Positions 11,839 through 21,966 of a DNA stretch of 64,000 bases are shown here, one piece after another. The position numbers and the translations under genes are program-made. The notes beneath the pieces are model-generated. The model saw only the letters and a list, made by a program, of their open reading frames with translations. It did no database searches and was not told where the DNA came from. The DNA is from Zygnema circumcarinatum SAG 698-1b (Eukaryota; Plantae; Zygnematophyceae): the NCBI GenBank assembly GCA_037447605.1, contig CM074823.1:1364001-1428000 (forward strand), read 5' to 3'. Numbering within the stretch: the stretch's first letter is position 1; each line of letters begins with the position of its first letter.

Positions 11839-14800
11839 CTACAGTTTCCAAGACAATTTTTTTTGAACTAACCACCTCGACCTCCGCCTTCTCATGCTCA
11901 AAACTAGGCTCTGAAACATCCCCTCATGGAACGGCTGTTCCGTATGGTCTAACTGACGTAGAGCCTCATAGATCCCCACACTCGTAGCCACGGCCAGATT
12001 CAATGAACGGACGTGCGTTTCGAGGGAATTCGCATTCCGCCTCAAGATGGAAACCGTTGAGCACTGCTCCAAAGCTTCTTTGGGGAGACCAGTGGTTTCA
12101 GAACCGAAAAGGAGCCAATCGCCAGGGCGGTAGCGGAGAGTCTGCGTGGGAGAGAGTAGGGAGAGGAGGGAGAGGAGGGAGAGGAGGGAGAGGAGGGAGA
12201 GGAGAGAGAGGAGGTAGAGGAGAGAGAGTAGGGAAAGGAGGTAGAGGAGGGAGAGGAGGTACAGAAGGGAGAGGTTATTAGAGGAAGAGGGCGGGAGTGG
12301 GAGTGGGAGTGGGAGTGGGGAAAGGGGAGGGAGGTGGGGGAGGAAGGGAGAGAACGAATATGGAGTCAGGGGATTGAGGGGGAGGGAGAGGGGAGGGAGA
12401 GGGGAGGGAGAGAGAGAGCGGGAGCGGGGGGGAGGGAGGAAGGGGGGTGAAAGGGAGGGAGTGGAAAAGGAGAAACGGAGGGTGGGGGGAATGGGAGGGA
12501 GGGGGAGTGGGAGAGGGCGAGGGAGAGAGGGAGTGGGAGGGGGGGAGGGGAGGGGGAGGGGAGTGGGGGGGGGGAGGTGGGAGTGGGGGGCGGAGGAGGG
12601 GGGAGTGGAAGGGGGACGCGGGGAGACGAGAATGAATTTTAGGGGGAGGGGAGTGAGAGGAGGGAGAGAGAGTGCGAGAGGGGGATGGGAGAGGAAGGGG
12701 GGTGAAAGCGAAAGAGTGGGAAAGGAGAAACGGAGGGTGAGGGGGAGGGGGAGAAGGGGAATGGGACGAGTGGGAGAGAGTGGGAGTGGGGGGGGGGGGG
12801 AATGGGAGGGGGGGAGGCGAAGGGGAAAATGATTGATGGGGAGGGGAGGGGAGGGAGAGGGAAAGTCAGGGAGGGGGAAGAGAGCAGCGGACGAGAGGGA
12901 GAGGGAGAGGAGAAAGGGAAGGTGAGCGAGAGGGGAGGGGGTGGTAGAGGAATAGGAGGGGAAGGAGGGAGAGGGAGACGCACCCAATGAACTTGACTGC
13001 CTCTCTTTGAAAATGCAATGAGTCGTTTTGGCTCCTCCTGCAATCGTGGAGAGAAGGGAAAGCGAACATTGTACAATCAGTGATGTGAGGAATCGCAGGT
13101 GAGGGAGGGAGGGAGGGAGGTAGGAGAGGCAGAGAGGGGGAGAAACAGGAGGGAGGGAACGGGTAGGGGAGGGAGGGTAGGAGAGAGGGAGGGAGGGTCG
13201 GAGTGAGGGAGGGAGCGGGGGAGGGGGAGAGAGGGTGGGAATGGGTAGGGTTGGGAGGGATGGAGGGGAGGAGAGGGGCGGAGAGGGGAGGGGGAGGGAG
13301 GGAGGGAGTGGGAGAGGGGGGGGAGGGCGAGGAGTGAGAGAAAGGGGGGGGGGAGGGAGAGGAGAGAGAGAGGGGGGGGAGAGAGAGGAGGGAGAGAGGA
13401 GAGGCAGAGAGGGGAGGGGAAAAAGCAAAATCAGGACGGAAATACAGACAGTTTGAAGATAAAAGGGCAGGGATAGGAGTGATGCCGACATCAACAGAGA
13501 AGTGACGGAGAGAGTGAGCGGGAGAGAGTGGGAGAGAGAGTGGGAGAGAGTGCTCTTCGAATGGAACTGCCTGGGAATTGAACCCAGATTTCTTGCCAGA
13601 GGCAAGTGCCCTCCCAGTTGGACGAGCAGCACTTTTTTACTCCCTCTCCTCCTAATTTGACAAAAGTTTTTATTGCCATTATAATTTTCTTTTCGCACAG
13701 GTCCATGAATGAATTACCTAACCCTCCCTTTCCATCTCCCTCATTTTCCTCTCTCCCAATTCCCTCCTTCACTCTCCCCCTCCCTTTCCCTCTCGCCCAC
13801 ACTTCATTTCTCCCTCTCTCGTCCTCTTCCTCACTCCCTCGCACCTCTCCTCTCACCCTCCATCAGTCACTCTCTCTTGCCTCCCTCCCCCTCTCCCTCC
13901 CTTTCCCACTCCCTCATACTTTCCTTCTCTCTTCCTCCATCCCTTCCTCTCCCCTCTCCCTCACTCCTCCCTCTTCTCTCTCCCTGTGTCCCTCCCTCTC
14001 TCCCCTTGACTGTCCTACACTCTCTTTCTGTCTCACCTCTTTTCTCCCACTACCCTTCTCCCTCTCTCCTCTCTCGTCCCTCCTCTTTCCGGCCTCTTCC
14101 ATCCTCTCTCTCTCTCTCTGTCTCTCTCCCTCTCACTCACCTCCACAAGGTGCAGCCCCACCAATGTCGCCGCACATGTCCGCGCAATCGACCCAACGTT
14201 GCCGGGAATCTGCAATTAACTCAGAACATTATTAAAAAAACCACAAAAAATGACGTATTTCAGAAGTTAAGAGATAAATTTCAAGTGTAACGACTCAACT
14301 CCCAGATGCAAAATAACCTTGAACCCAAAGAAAACGATCGCTAAAGATAACGCAGAAATAGTAGGGTCAATCAGACAAATCTGAGCAATTCTATACAATT
14401 TTTTGAGCAATTTTTATGAAGGTATTAAAGAACTTAATGAGATTTCAAGAGAAAGCAAAAATAATAATATATATATATACATAATATATACATACCAAGG
14501 GAGACACAAGAACCACGTGAAGGTCAGCGCGTTGTTCGTTCTCTGAAGCTCCACTTCGGCTTATAGCAGCAGCTACAGACCAAGGCAAGGAAAGGCAAGG
14601 AAAGGCAAGGAAAGGCAAGGAAAGGAAAGGCAAGGAAAGGCAAGGAAAGGCAAGGAAAGGCAAGGAAAGGCAAGGAAAGGCAAGGAAAGGCAAGGAAAGG
14701 CAAGGCAAGGAAAGGAAAGGCAAGGAACGAGGGAGTACCTCTAGCAAAGTTAGCGCGTGAAGCGCAGCCACACGTCGGTTTCGAGTCCCTCCGGAAGGGA

Positions 14801-14846
14801 GGGAAGGGCGCAGGCAGGTGGCGTCAGGCACAGAACCTCGGGCCAT
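11839..14846 (-). CDS. trmL: tRNA (cytidine/uridine-2'-O)-methyltransferase, TrmL/SpoU family; organellar-type; possibly defective
   Basis: ATG 14846. Segments ...DLHVVLVSPL (donor at 14496), IPGNVGSIARTCAATLVGLHLVE (14209-14141), EEPKRLIAFSKRGSQVHW (13037-12984) and TLRYRPGDWLLFGSETTGLP...HVRSLNLAVATSVGIYEALRQL (about 12141-11839) are SPOUT motifs. The expected PLGF..RAGLDYW exon was not found. Confidence 0.8.
13562..13632 (-). pseudogene. Degenerate tRNA-like sequence resembling tRNA-Gly, in a TrmL intron
   Basis: Minus strand GTGCTGCTCGTCCAACTGGGAGGGCACTTGCCTCTGGCAAGAAATCTGGGTTCAATTCCCAGGCAGTTCCA. Perfect T-arm (CTGGG-TTCAATT-CCCAG), 6/7 acceptor pairs including one G-U, and a CTTGC/GCAAG stem with only a 5-nt loop. 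Confidence 0.55.
14581..14725. repeat. (CAAGGAAAGG)n decamer repeat in the 5' region of TrmL
   Basis: About 14 units. The reading frame stays open through it, so it is either transit-peptide coding sequence or a small intron. Confidence 0.9.
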
Positions 14847-15231
14847 GGCGGGCGGCCGGATAAGGAGGGGGAGGGGGAGGTTGTTGGGGGGTGGCTCGAC
14901 GACAAGAGAGGGACCCGGCGCGCGGGCGGGCGGGAAAACAACCATGACGTCACGTTGACGCGATTTTCGCCATTCTTTTCTTCGCACGTCCATTTCGGCG
15001 CCTCTTTTGGGTGCGAACAAAATCGTGCGAAGAAGTGCCCTTTTTAGTAAACCCCACGGGTCAATCTTCGTAACGTTGACCCGTTGACTTAGCACAGTTG
15101 ACTTCCGTTCGGTTCGGTTTAGGTTCGGGGGCGCGATGATTTTTAGTACTTAGTAACCTCGATTCTCGTAATACTAAAAACTCGATATTCGTAACATTTT
15201 GTTAAGTCTGACACGCCCTAATGACAGTAAT

Positions 15232-15431
15232 AGGGGGAGTCAGACCTTGACCATCGCCAAATCAATTTCGTAAGCCTGTCGGGCGAATTAAGATTGGCTA
15301 GGTACATATTTCGGTACGACTGTATACGGCGGAGCCGCGGATTCCGACCCGGAATTCGTACACGAAACTTTGACTTTTAGTATAAGGAATTCGGGAATTT
15401 CGTAAGCGATGGTCAAGGTCTGACTCCCCCT
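15232..15431. mobile_element. MITE, 200 bp, ~26-bp TIR AGGGGGAGTCAGACCTTGACCATCGC, flanked by AAT...AAT
   Basis: TIRs at 15232-15257 and 15406-15431. About 90% identical (by eye) to the inverted copy at 40510-40711. A related element end (ttaagtctgacacgccct, ending 15219) lies 12 bp upstream. Confidence 0.9.
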
Positions 15432-17459
15432 AATACTAACAAGCAAAAGTCCGTTCGATTTTGTTTTCTTCACGACCTGCTCAACACACCCTCCTGCCGC
15501 TTCCTCCCTCCTCCCTACTGCGCCTACCTTGTACGGACTCCTTGCCATCCCTACAGTACAGTAACTTTGACCCGTACATCTCGTACATTCCACTGTACTT
15601 TCCGTATCCTAACCCGTACTGTACTGTTTTTAAATATTAATTATATTCTTTTTTGGTCCGATTTCCATTGCTCGATATAGTCACGTCACGGGGCACGAAA
15701 ATGGGGCGTCATGCCCCCCCTGCCGGCCCCCAACCCTAACTTGGATCCGTGCTTGGCCGCGGAGGGAGGGGAGGAGGGAGGTGAGGAGGGAAGGTTGGAA
15801 GGAGGGAGGGAGGGGAGGGAGNNNNNNNNNNGGAGGGGAGGGAGGGGGGGAGGGGAGGGGAGGGGAGGGAACCTCGGAGGGGGAAGCAGCAGCCAGCTGG
15901 CCATGCGGGGGGGGGGAGGGACAGGGCGGCGGGCGTGGGCATGGCCGTAGCATGGCTATGGGCATGGGCATGAACATGGAGGTGGCATCCCCTTGCGCTG
16001 CGCCTCTCCCCTCCTGCCTCCCGCGCCATCCGCGTCACAGTGTTCGGGTGAGTGGACGTGACATTTTCTCGCGCCTCCCCGCATCGCATTTCTGCACTCA
16101 GTGCAGTGCAGCGCAGTGCAGTGCAGTGACAGGGCGCGGGCTTTAGGCCGCTGCGCGCCGTCTGGAGGCCGGCAGATGCGGAAGCTCAGGTCGGAGGCTC
16201 GGCGGCCTTTGAAGGGCCTCCGATCCGGAGAGGCTCGGCGGGCTGAAGCAGATCCGCGTGCATCCAGTCGCATGCTTAGGTCCGGGAAACAGGCTGGGCT
16301 GTTTGAAGAGGGCGGAGCGTCGCTGCGGGGTTGAAGGGACCGCGGGTCCTCGATGTTGTCCATGCGTGTACGGATTCACGTAGGCCGTGTGGAGATGCGG
16401 GTTGTCAGATTCTAGAAATTCTTGGGATTGCTGAACACGCACGGCTTCTAAGTTATATTTCAGGTTGTTTTAGAGCTCGGAGAGCTCTTACTTTCCTAGA
16501 AGTCGTAGGATGTTAAATTTTAGATTTTCTTCTTAGGTTTCTAGTTTTCTAAGGGCTCTCAGGCTGCACGACTCAGACAGCTGTCAGGGCTTTAGGGTCC
16601 ATAAGTGGGCCCAGGAGATGCGCTTTCCGCAATTGAGAGCTGCTTAGAGTATGTCCGACCCCAGATCGTCGAAGAACAACCTTTCAATATGTGCTCGATT
16701 TTCGGGTTTCAAGTTTCATAGGGTTCCTAAAGCTATAAAAGAATTTAAAGGAGATTCAGAGCATGTAGAGATTGGACCAATCTCCTTTAGATTTAAAGTT
16801 TTTAATTCTGCAAGGATAATTTTGTTGTGGTCTCTTTTTCTAAAGGGTTACAATGGGCTTATAATCACAAGAAAGCTGAGAAGTGAAAAATGGCTTTGGA
16901 AACCCTTCGAAAGGGACTCAATCCCACGAAGCATATAGAAGTTCAAATAGAGCCGTTTTCCAATACGTCTTCGTGACGAAGGGCAGACGTAGAAAAGGCT
17001 TAAAGTACCCTATTACGCTTCATTGCCTCTGGAAATAGAGACACGCCCTTCGGTACGGCGCTAGCCTGCGGAGGGGCAGCCTTTGACTATTGTACCGGCA
17101 TTGTTAGGATGCCGACTTCCCCTAAACATGTGAACTCCCAAACGATGAACTGGCCTTAGGACACTCAAAACTCAGATCTCCTTGCCCTTCCTTCCTTTCC
17201 TCCTCGTCCTTTATTCTGAAAGGAAGATCAAGTTGACTTCCGCTTGCTCGTGCGCCACCTGTCACCCCCTCTGATGTGCCCGCCTGCCTACTGCCACGTA
17301 TCATTGACAGGTGGCGATGTGCGTCTATCCATGCAGGGTCCCAGATGCACTGAACGACTTTCCAGGTCCTCAGGTGGCCACCAATAGTTCGTGTACCTCA
17401 CAATTAGAAACATTCAAACCTTCCAGTTTTTTTCCCAAACCTGCAAATTGCTTTTTCCG

Positions 17460-18548
17460 ATGTCGAAGTTAGTGGCCGCAGTTTTCATTGTTGGCTCCCT
17501 TTTCGAAGGGCTGTCAATGGTGACAGGGCGGCGGAATCAAAGAAGAGCATCACAGGCGAGGCATAAGTCAAAGAACGCAGTCGGAAAGAATGGAGGAAAG
17601 GGGAAAGGAAAGCAGCGGAAGAGAAAGGACGAGGGAACGGAGGAAGACAAGTTCTTAGCTGGGGGCTTGGAGTGGGGCGACATTAGCCCTGTTCCGAAGC
17701 CCGTATTGGTGGCCGCTGTTGCAGCGGTAGCCGTGGCCTTCGTCGGACTGAGGATGTTGCAGCAGAGTGGCGAAGGTGACGGGGAGGATGGGGATGAGGA
17801 TGATAATGGGAAGCAGGAGAGAATTGAGGGAGGAAGTGGAAATTGTGAGGGATCTCAAGGGAGTGAGAGGACGGGGGAAATGTGGACAGGCAATAAGGAG
17901 GGTGATGGTGAGGTAGAGGACGCAATGATGATGGCTTTTGATGGTAGTGGTCGGTGGGATGTGAAAAGTCCCTTCAGTGTTGGCAATGTTGGAAATCACA
18001 CTGCAGCACGAGAGAGAGAGAATTCGACGAATTTGGATTCGTATGTGTCCTCAAAAAGTGAGAAAGGAGGAGGAGAGGAGGAGAGGTCAGGATTGAGGCG
18101 GGGAAAACGGAAAGAGGGGGATTGGAAAAAGGCTGACGATGGTGTGACTGACAGCAGTGGAGAAAGTTCGCTGGGAAGGGGGAGTAGAGGCAGTCCATAC
18201 TCGAGTGACAGTAAAGGGTGGAAGGATGGGACGGGAATGGTGGCAGGAGGAGAGAATAGTGGTGGGAAGGCGGAGGAGAAGAAGAAAGCTGGAGAGATAG
18301 GAAAAGGTTTGGAGGCGAAAATGTCAGGAGACAGCAGTCTTAGTAAAGGAGATGGTGGGCCGCTGGGGAGGAGAGAGGGGAGTGGGGAGGAAGGTGAAAA
18401 TGATGCCATTTCGCACGGCTCCGAGGAGACGGTCGGAGTCCCCTCTCCCAACGGCGTGGTGAACGCAACGTCGCTGTTGCAAATGGCGCGAAGGGCGGTC
18501 GCACGAGCGAAGGAACTGCACAAAGATGCATTAGATACAAAGCCGTAA
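17460..18548 (+). CDS. Uncharacterised protein with 1-2 hydrophobic segments and a long G/E/S/K-rich disordered region; probably the last exon of a larger gene
   Basis: 385-codon ORF in non-repetitive sequence, with hydrophobic stretches LVAAVFIVGSLF and PVLVAAVAAVAVAFVGLRML. A candidate first exon at 15952-16047 (MAMGMGMNMEVASP..., GTGAGT donor) could not be linked with certainty. Confidence 0.6.
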   Translation: MSKLVAAVFIVGSLFEGLSMVTGRRNQRRASQARHKSKNAVGKNGGKGKGKQRKRKDEGTEEDKFLAGGLEWGDISPVPKPVLVAAVAAVAVAFVGLRMLQQSGEGDGEDGDEDDNGKQERIEGGSGNCEGSQGSERTGEMWTGNKEGDGEVEDAMMMAFDGSGRWDVKSPFSVGNVGNHTAARERENSTNLDSYVSSKSEKGGGEEERSGLRRGKRKEGDWKKADDGVTDSSGESSLGRGSRGSPYSSDSKGWKDGTGMVAGGENSGGKAEEKKKAGEIGKGLEAKMSGDSSLSKGDGGPLGRREGSGEEGENDAISHGSEETVGVPSPNGVVNATSLLQMARRAVARAKELHKDALDTKP

Positions 18549-19140
18549 GTTGATGGGATGAGATTAGCTCGAAGACGGTGCCCGTCGAAAATGTGTTTTG
18601 CTCTTGGCGTTGGGAAGAGTAGGAGACGCTAGGTACGGAACTCGTTGCCTTTTCTCTCTAGTGAGAGAGAAGGTGAGCTCCGAAGAGACGCCTCGCCATG
18701 CGTAGGTCAACTGATACCGGTTTGGTTTCATCATTTTTTAAAGCTGAAGCAGAGGTTAGAAGAGGGGCTGCTCAGGGGTCCGCTTCGATGGAGAAAAGAG
18801 AATAGTGCATAGGCTTCTTCTCCACAACCAAAATAGGCGGACAGAGGCGTGGAACGAGCAAAGTGCTGAAAAGTGATAGCGTTTCTTTCAAACACAAGGC
18901 AATGCATTACTGTATGTGATTTGAGCTCACGAAGGGTTAAAATCGCTGCTGGACTGAAGATCAGTCCATAGAACCGCCATTGTATGGGTTGCTGCATGCA
19001 CAAGCGATACAATAGGATATTTGATATACTTTGCACGAAAGGAAGCAGCCTACGGGCTGACATTATTCTAAATTTAACCGTCAACTGTACACACTTCATT
19101 CTCCCTCTTGAAGAGTAAGAGGTCTGCTAGCGACTCGCCG

Positions 19141-21966
19141 CTACTGCTCTTGAGAGAGCACCTCCAGCGCCTGTTCCATGATCTCCACAGCCTCCTCTAT
19201 TTTTGGTCTGAGCGACGGAACAGCTTGCACGCATCGAGCGCCCAAGACCGCAATTCTGCGTGCAACATCTTCATCATAGTCGCCGCCCAACATGGGATCC
19301 ATGAACTCTCTAAACGATGAAATATATTTCACGACATTGTCGCCGCGAGAGAGTTCATTTTCGCACCCTGTCCGAACCAGGTTTTGCACCGAGCCTGAAA
19401 CTGAAGAAAGGAACAAAGCCAAGGGCACATGTGCTGTGTCTTGGTTTCTGCCATCGCCCATCTCCGTGGGAATCGTCGCTGCTGTTGTCGCCGCCGACGA
19501 TGCAGCCTTTACCATCTCTTTCTTTTCTTCCGCAAAACGAGCTTGGAGATCCTCGATTTGCTTTTTCAAAGCCAAGTTTTCGTCAAACGTCTTTTTGGCT
19601 TCTGTCGAATGCTGGTCGGTGGTTTCCATGTCGAAAGGCACAATTTTCAGTTCTGGCTGTTCAATAATCTCAACTAAGCTCACCTCCTCTCCCGATCTGC
19701 TATCCGGTAAAGTCATCCGCCCGGCCAAAAGCTGCAGAAGGATGACGCCATATGCGAAAAGATCCGTTTTGAAGGTGACGTGGCCTGAAGGGAGAACGCA
19801 GCAGCAGCGCAAGTTTCAGTCTCTTCCGCAAAAGCTGAAACTGAAGGAGAGGGAGGAGGCAGACAAAACTATGACAGCATATATACCTGTTTCTAGATAC
19901 GCAGGGCAGATATATCCAATTCGACCAATAATAAATGGACCCAATGTCGGTTTTTTCTTCATCGCGTCCGGCAACTTCGCAAAACCTAAACCCGTAATCT
20001 TGGCAGTGTAATCCTGAACAAGCAAATAAAGCTTAACAATGAGACAGGACACATAATGCATCAAGGAGATGCAAGTTCCATGCTCTTGCTTTTCAGAAGC
20101 TGATACGTGATGTACATGGAGTGCTATCGGCAAATGTGGAGCTGAATACGAGCACATGCCTCACTTTTGCAAGACGTAAAGCAAACTTCCAAAGCAAAGC
20201 ATTCTCCGTTTCCTTTTCTGATGTCAAGGGTCTGAGAAGAATTTCACCTCATCGAGAAGAACGTTTGCTGGGCGCAAATCTCGATGGATGATTCTGTTCT
20301 CATGAAGACAAAGAAGACCGTTCGCAATATCGAGCGCAATCTTCACTCTTACGTTGAAAGGCAATAACAAATTAGGTCCCCATTTGGCTGTAAATAAAGC
20401 AATGCAATTGGGGGGAGGGGGGAAGGGGAAGAAAAAAAGAGTCAAAGTGAAAAGTAGAGCAGTAAAGGAAAATACCAAAGAAAACAGGTAAAGGAAAGGG
20501 AAAAGCGATGCTCAAAATCAACACAATAAACTCAAGACGACAAGTGCCATGCATGAAACAACATACGTGGGCTGCTGCAATGTTTCCAGATTTCAAAGAC
20601 TTAGGATTTGCACAAAGGTGCTAGGAATCTTAGGGTTCACTTAAGAGGATTCTCCAAACAGGCTCCCTTTCCTTGACATGCAATGGAGGAACAGAACATG
20701 ATCCGAACAGAGAAAGAGAAATAGTGGGGAAGTGAAAGAGCGGGGGCAGTGAGACACGGGGCAAGCGCAACCGGTAAAGAGAGCATGGACAACAAAAATG
20801 TGCATACATTCGTAGAAAGGGGACGATGTCGTGCACAAGCTAAACCACTCACCAAGGGGACGAGAAACAAAGAATTTAAACACAAAGGATGGCAGTCTAC
20901 AGACCATGAAAACCGCAAAATCCCTGCAAAACCCTATGACTTCACAAGCAATAAACACTATTGAGCTCAAAAAACGGCGAGAAGCCGTACTTGTGAAGAG
21001 CGCGTCTCTGAGGTTTCCGCGCGGCATGAACTCGTACACGAGGAGGGCTTCTCCGTGCTCCGTACAGCAGCCGAGCAACTGAATCAGGTTTCTGTGCTTC
21101 ACATCACTTAAAACTCGAACTTCATTCTGCATCCAATCCACAACGGGAGAGCTAAAGCCACCCGAATGAACACAAGTCCTATGTTGGATAAGTGACGTGA
21201 TTGAATGCTAGACAAAGGTAATTTTCTAAAGAAAAGGTGCACAATAACTTTAGAACATTCAACGTAACAATGCGTTACTCACTCTAAATCGATTAGAGCT
21301 CCCTCTCACAAAAAAGGTAGAAAAAAAGGGGCGGGGAAGTGAGGAATCAGGATTCATGGCACATTATTGCTTTGCGCCAGGAAGGTATAAGCAGGTGTCG
21401 ACCCTTCTCTACCTCTACGTTTCACTTTATTCCAAGGCGGTTCTTTCCTCCCACATTTGGATTAACGCGACTTTCGCCGGTCAATTATCGTGTTATAGAA
21501 ATTTAATCTAAAAAATGAAAATAATGAGTGCATCATAATGATAAAAACTCTGACCAATAGTAATAATAACAACAATGGGTGAAGGGGCGTCTACCCAGTA
21601 GCAGTCCCGGCCGCCCGGCTCCTGGCCGAGGCGGAGCCGCTTCACAGCTACCTCCACAGCGCAGGTGTCGGGGGAGGCCTCCTCCGGGCCGCGGCGGAGG
21701 AGGCGGGCGGGCAGCGACCCGCGGTACACGCGCCCCGCGCTGCTCGGCTCGCGCCGGCTCCGGCTCCTGCTCCGGCTGGGGAGGGAGGTAGTGGAAGAGA
21801 GAGAGAAGGAGGGAGAGGGAGAGGGAGAGGGGGGAGGAGAGCCCGCCTCGTCCACCGGCACGGCTGCCTCCTCCGCGACCATGCGGTCGAAGAGGGAGAG
21901 GAGGGGCTCGCGGGCGGAGGAGATGAAAGTAGGGGGCGGGGAGGGAGTGGTGGCGGCATTTCCCAT
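19141..21966 (-). CDS. Receptor-like cytoplasmic kinase (Pelle/RLK superfamily), probable pseudokinase, 472 aa
   Basis: Exons 21966-21595, 21126-20991, 20387-20248, 20013-19887, 19784-19141, all phase-consistent. Motifs [49 protein letters not shown]...[35 protein letters not shown]......LRP. N-terminus MGNAAT fits N-myristoylation. Confidence 0.9.

Noticed and set aside
11839-13698. 619-aa minus-strand ORF as a single gene
   Set aside because: Only the last ~100 codons are TrmL coding; the rest is read-through of pyrimidine-rich introns.
16100-17390. Short ORFs and hairpins as an ncRNA or retroelement
   Set aside because: No recognisable RNA family, LTR, PBS or RT motif; more likely introns or unresolved exons of the downstream gene.
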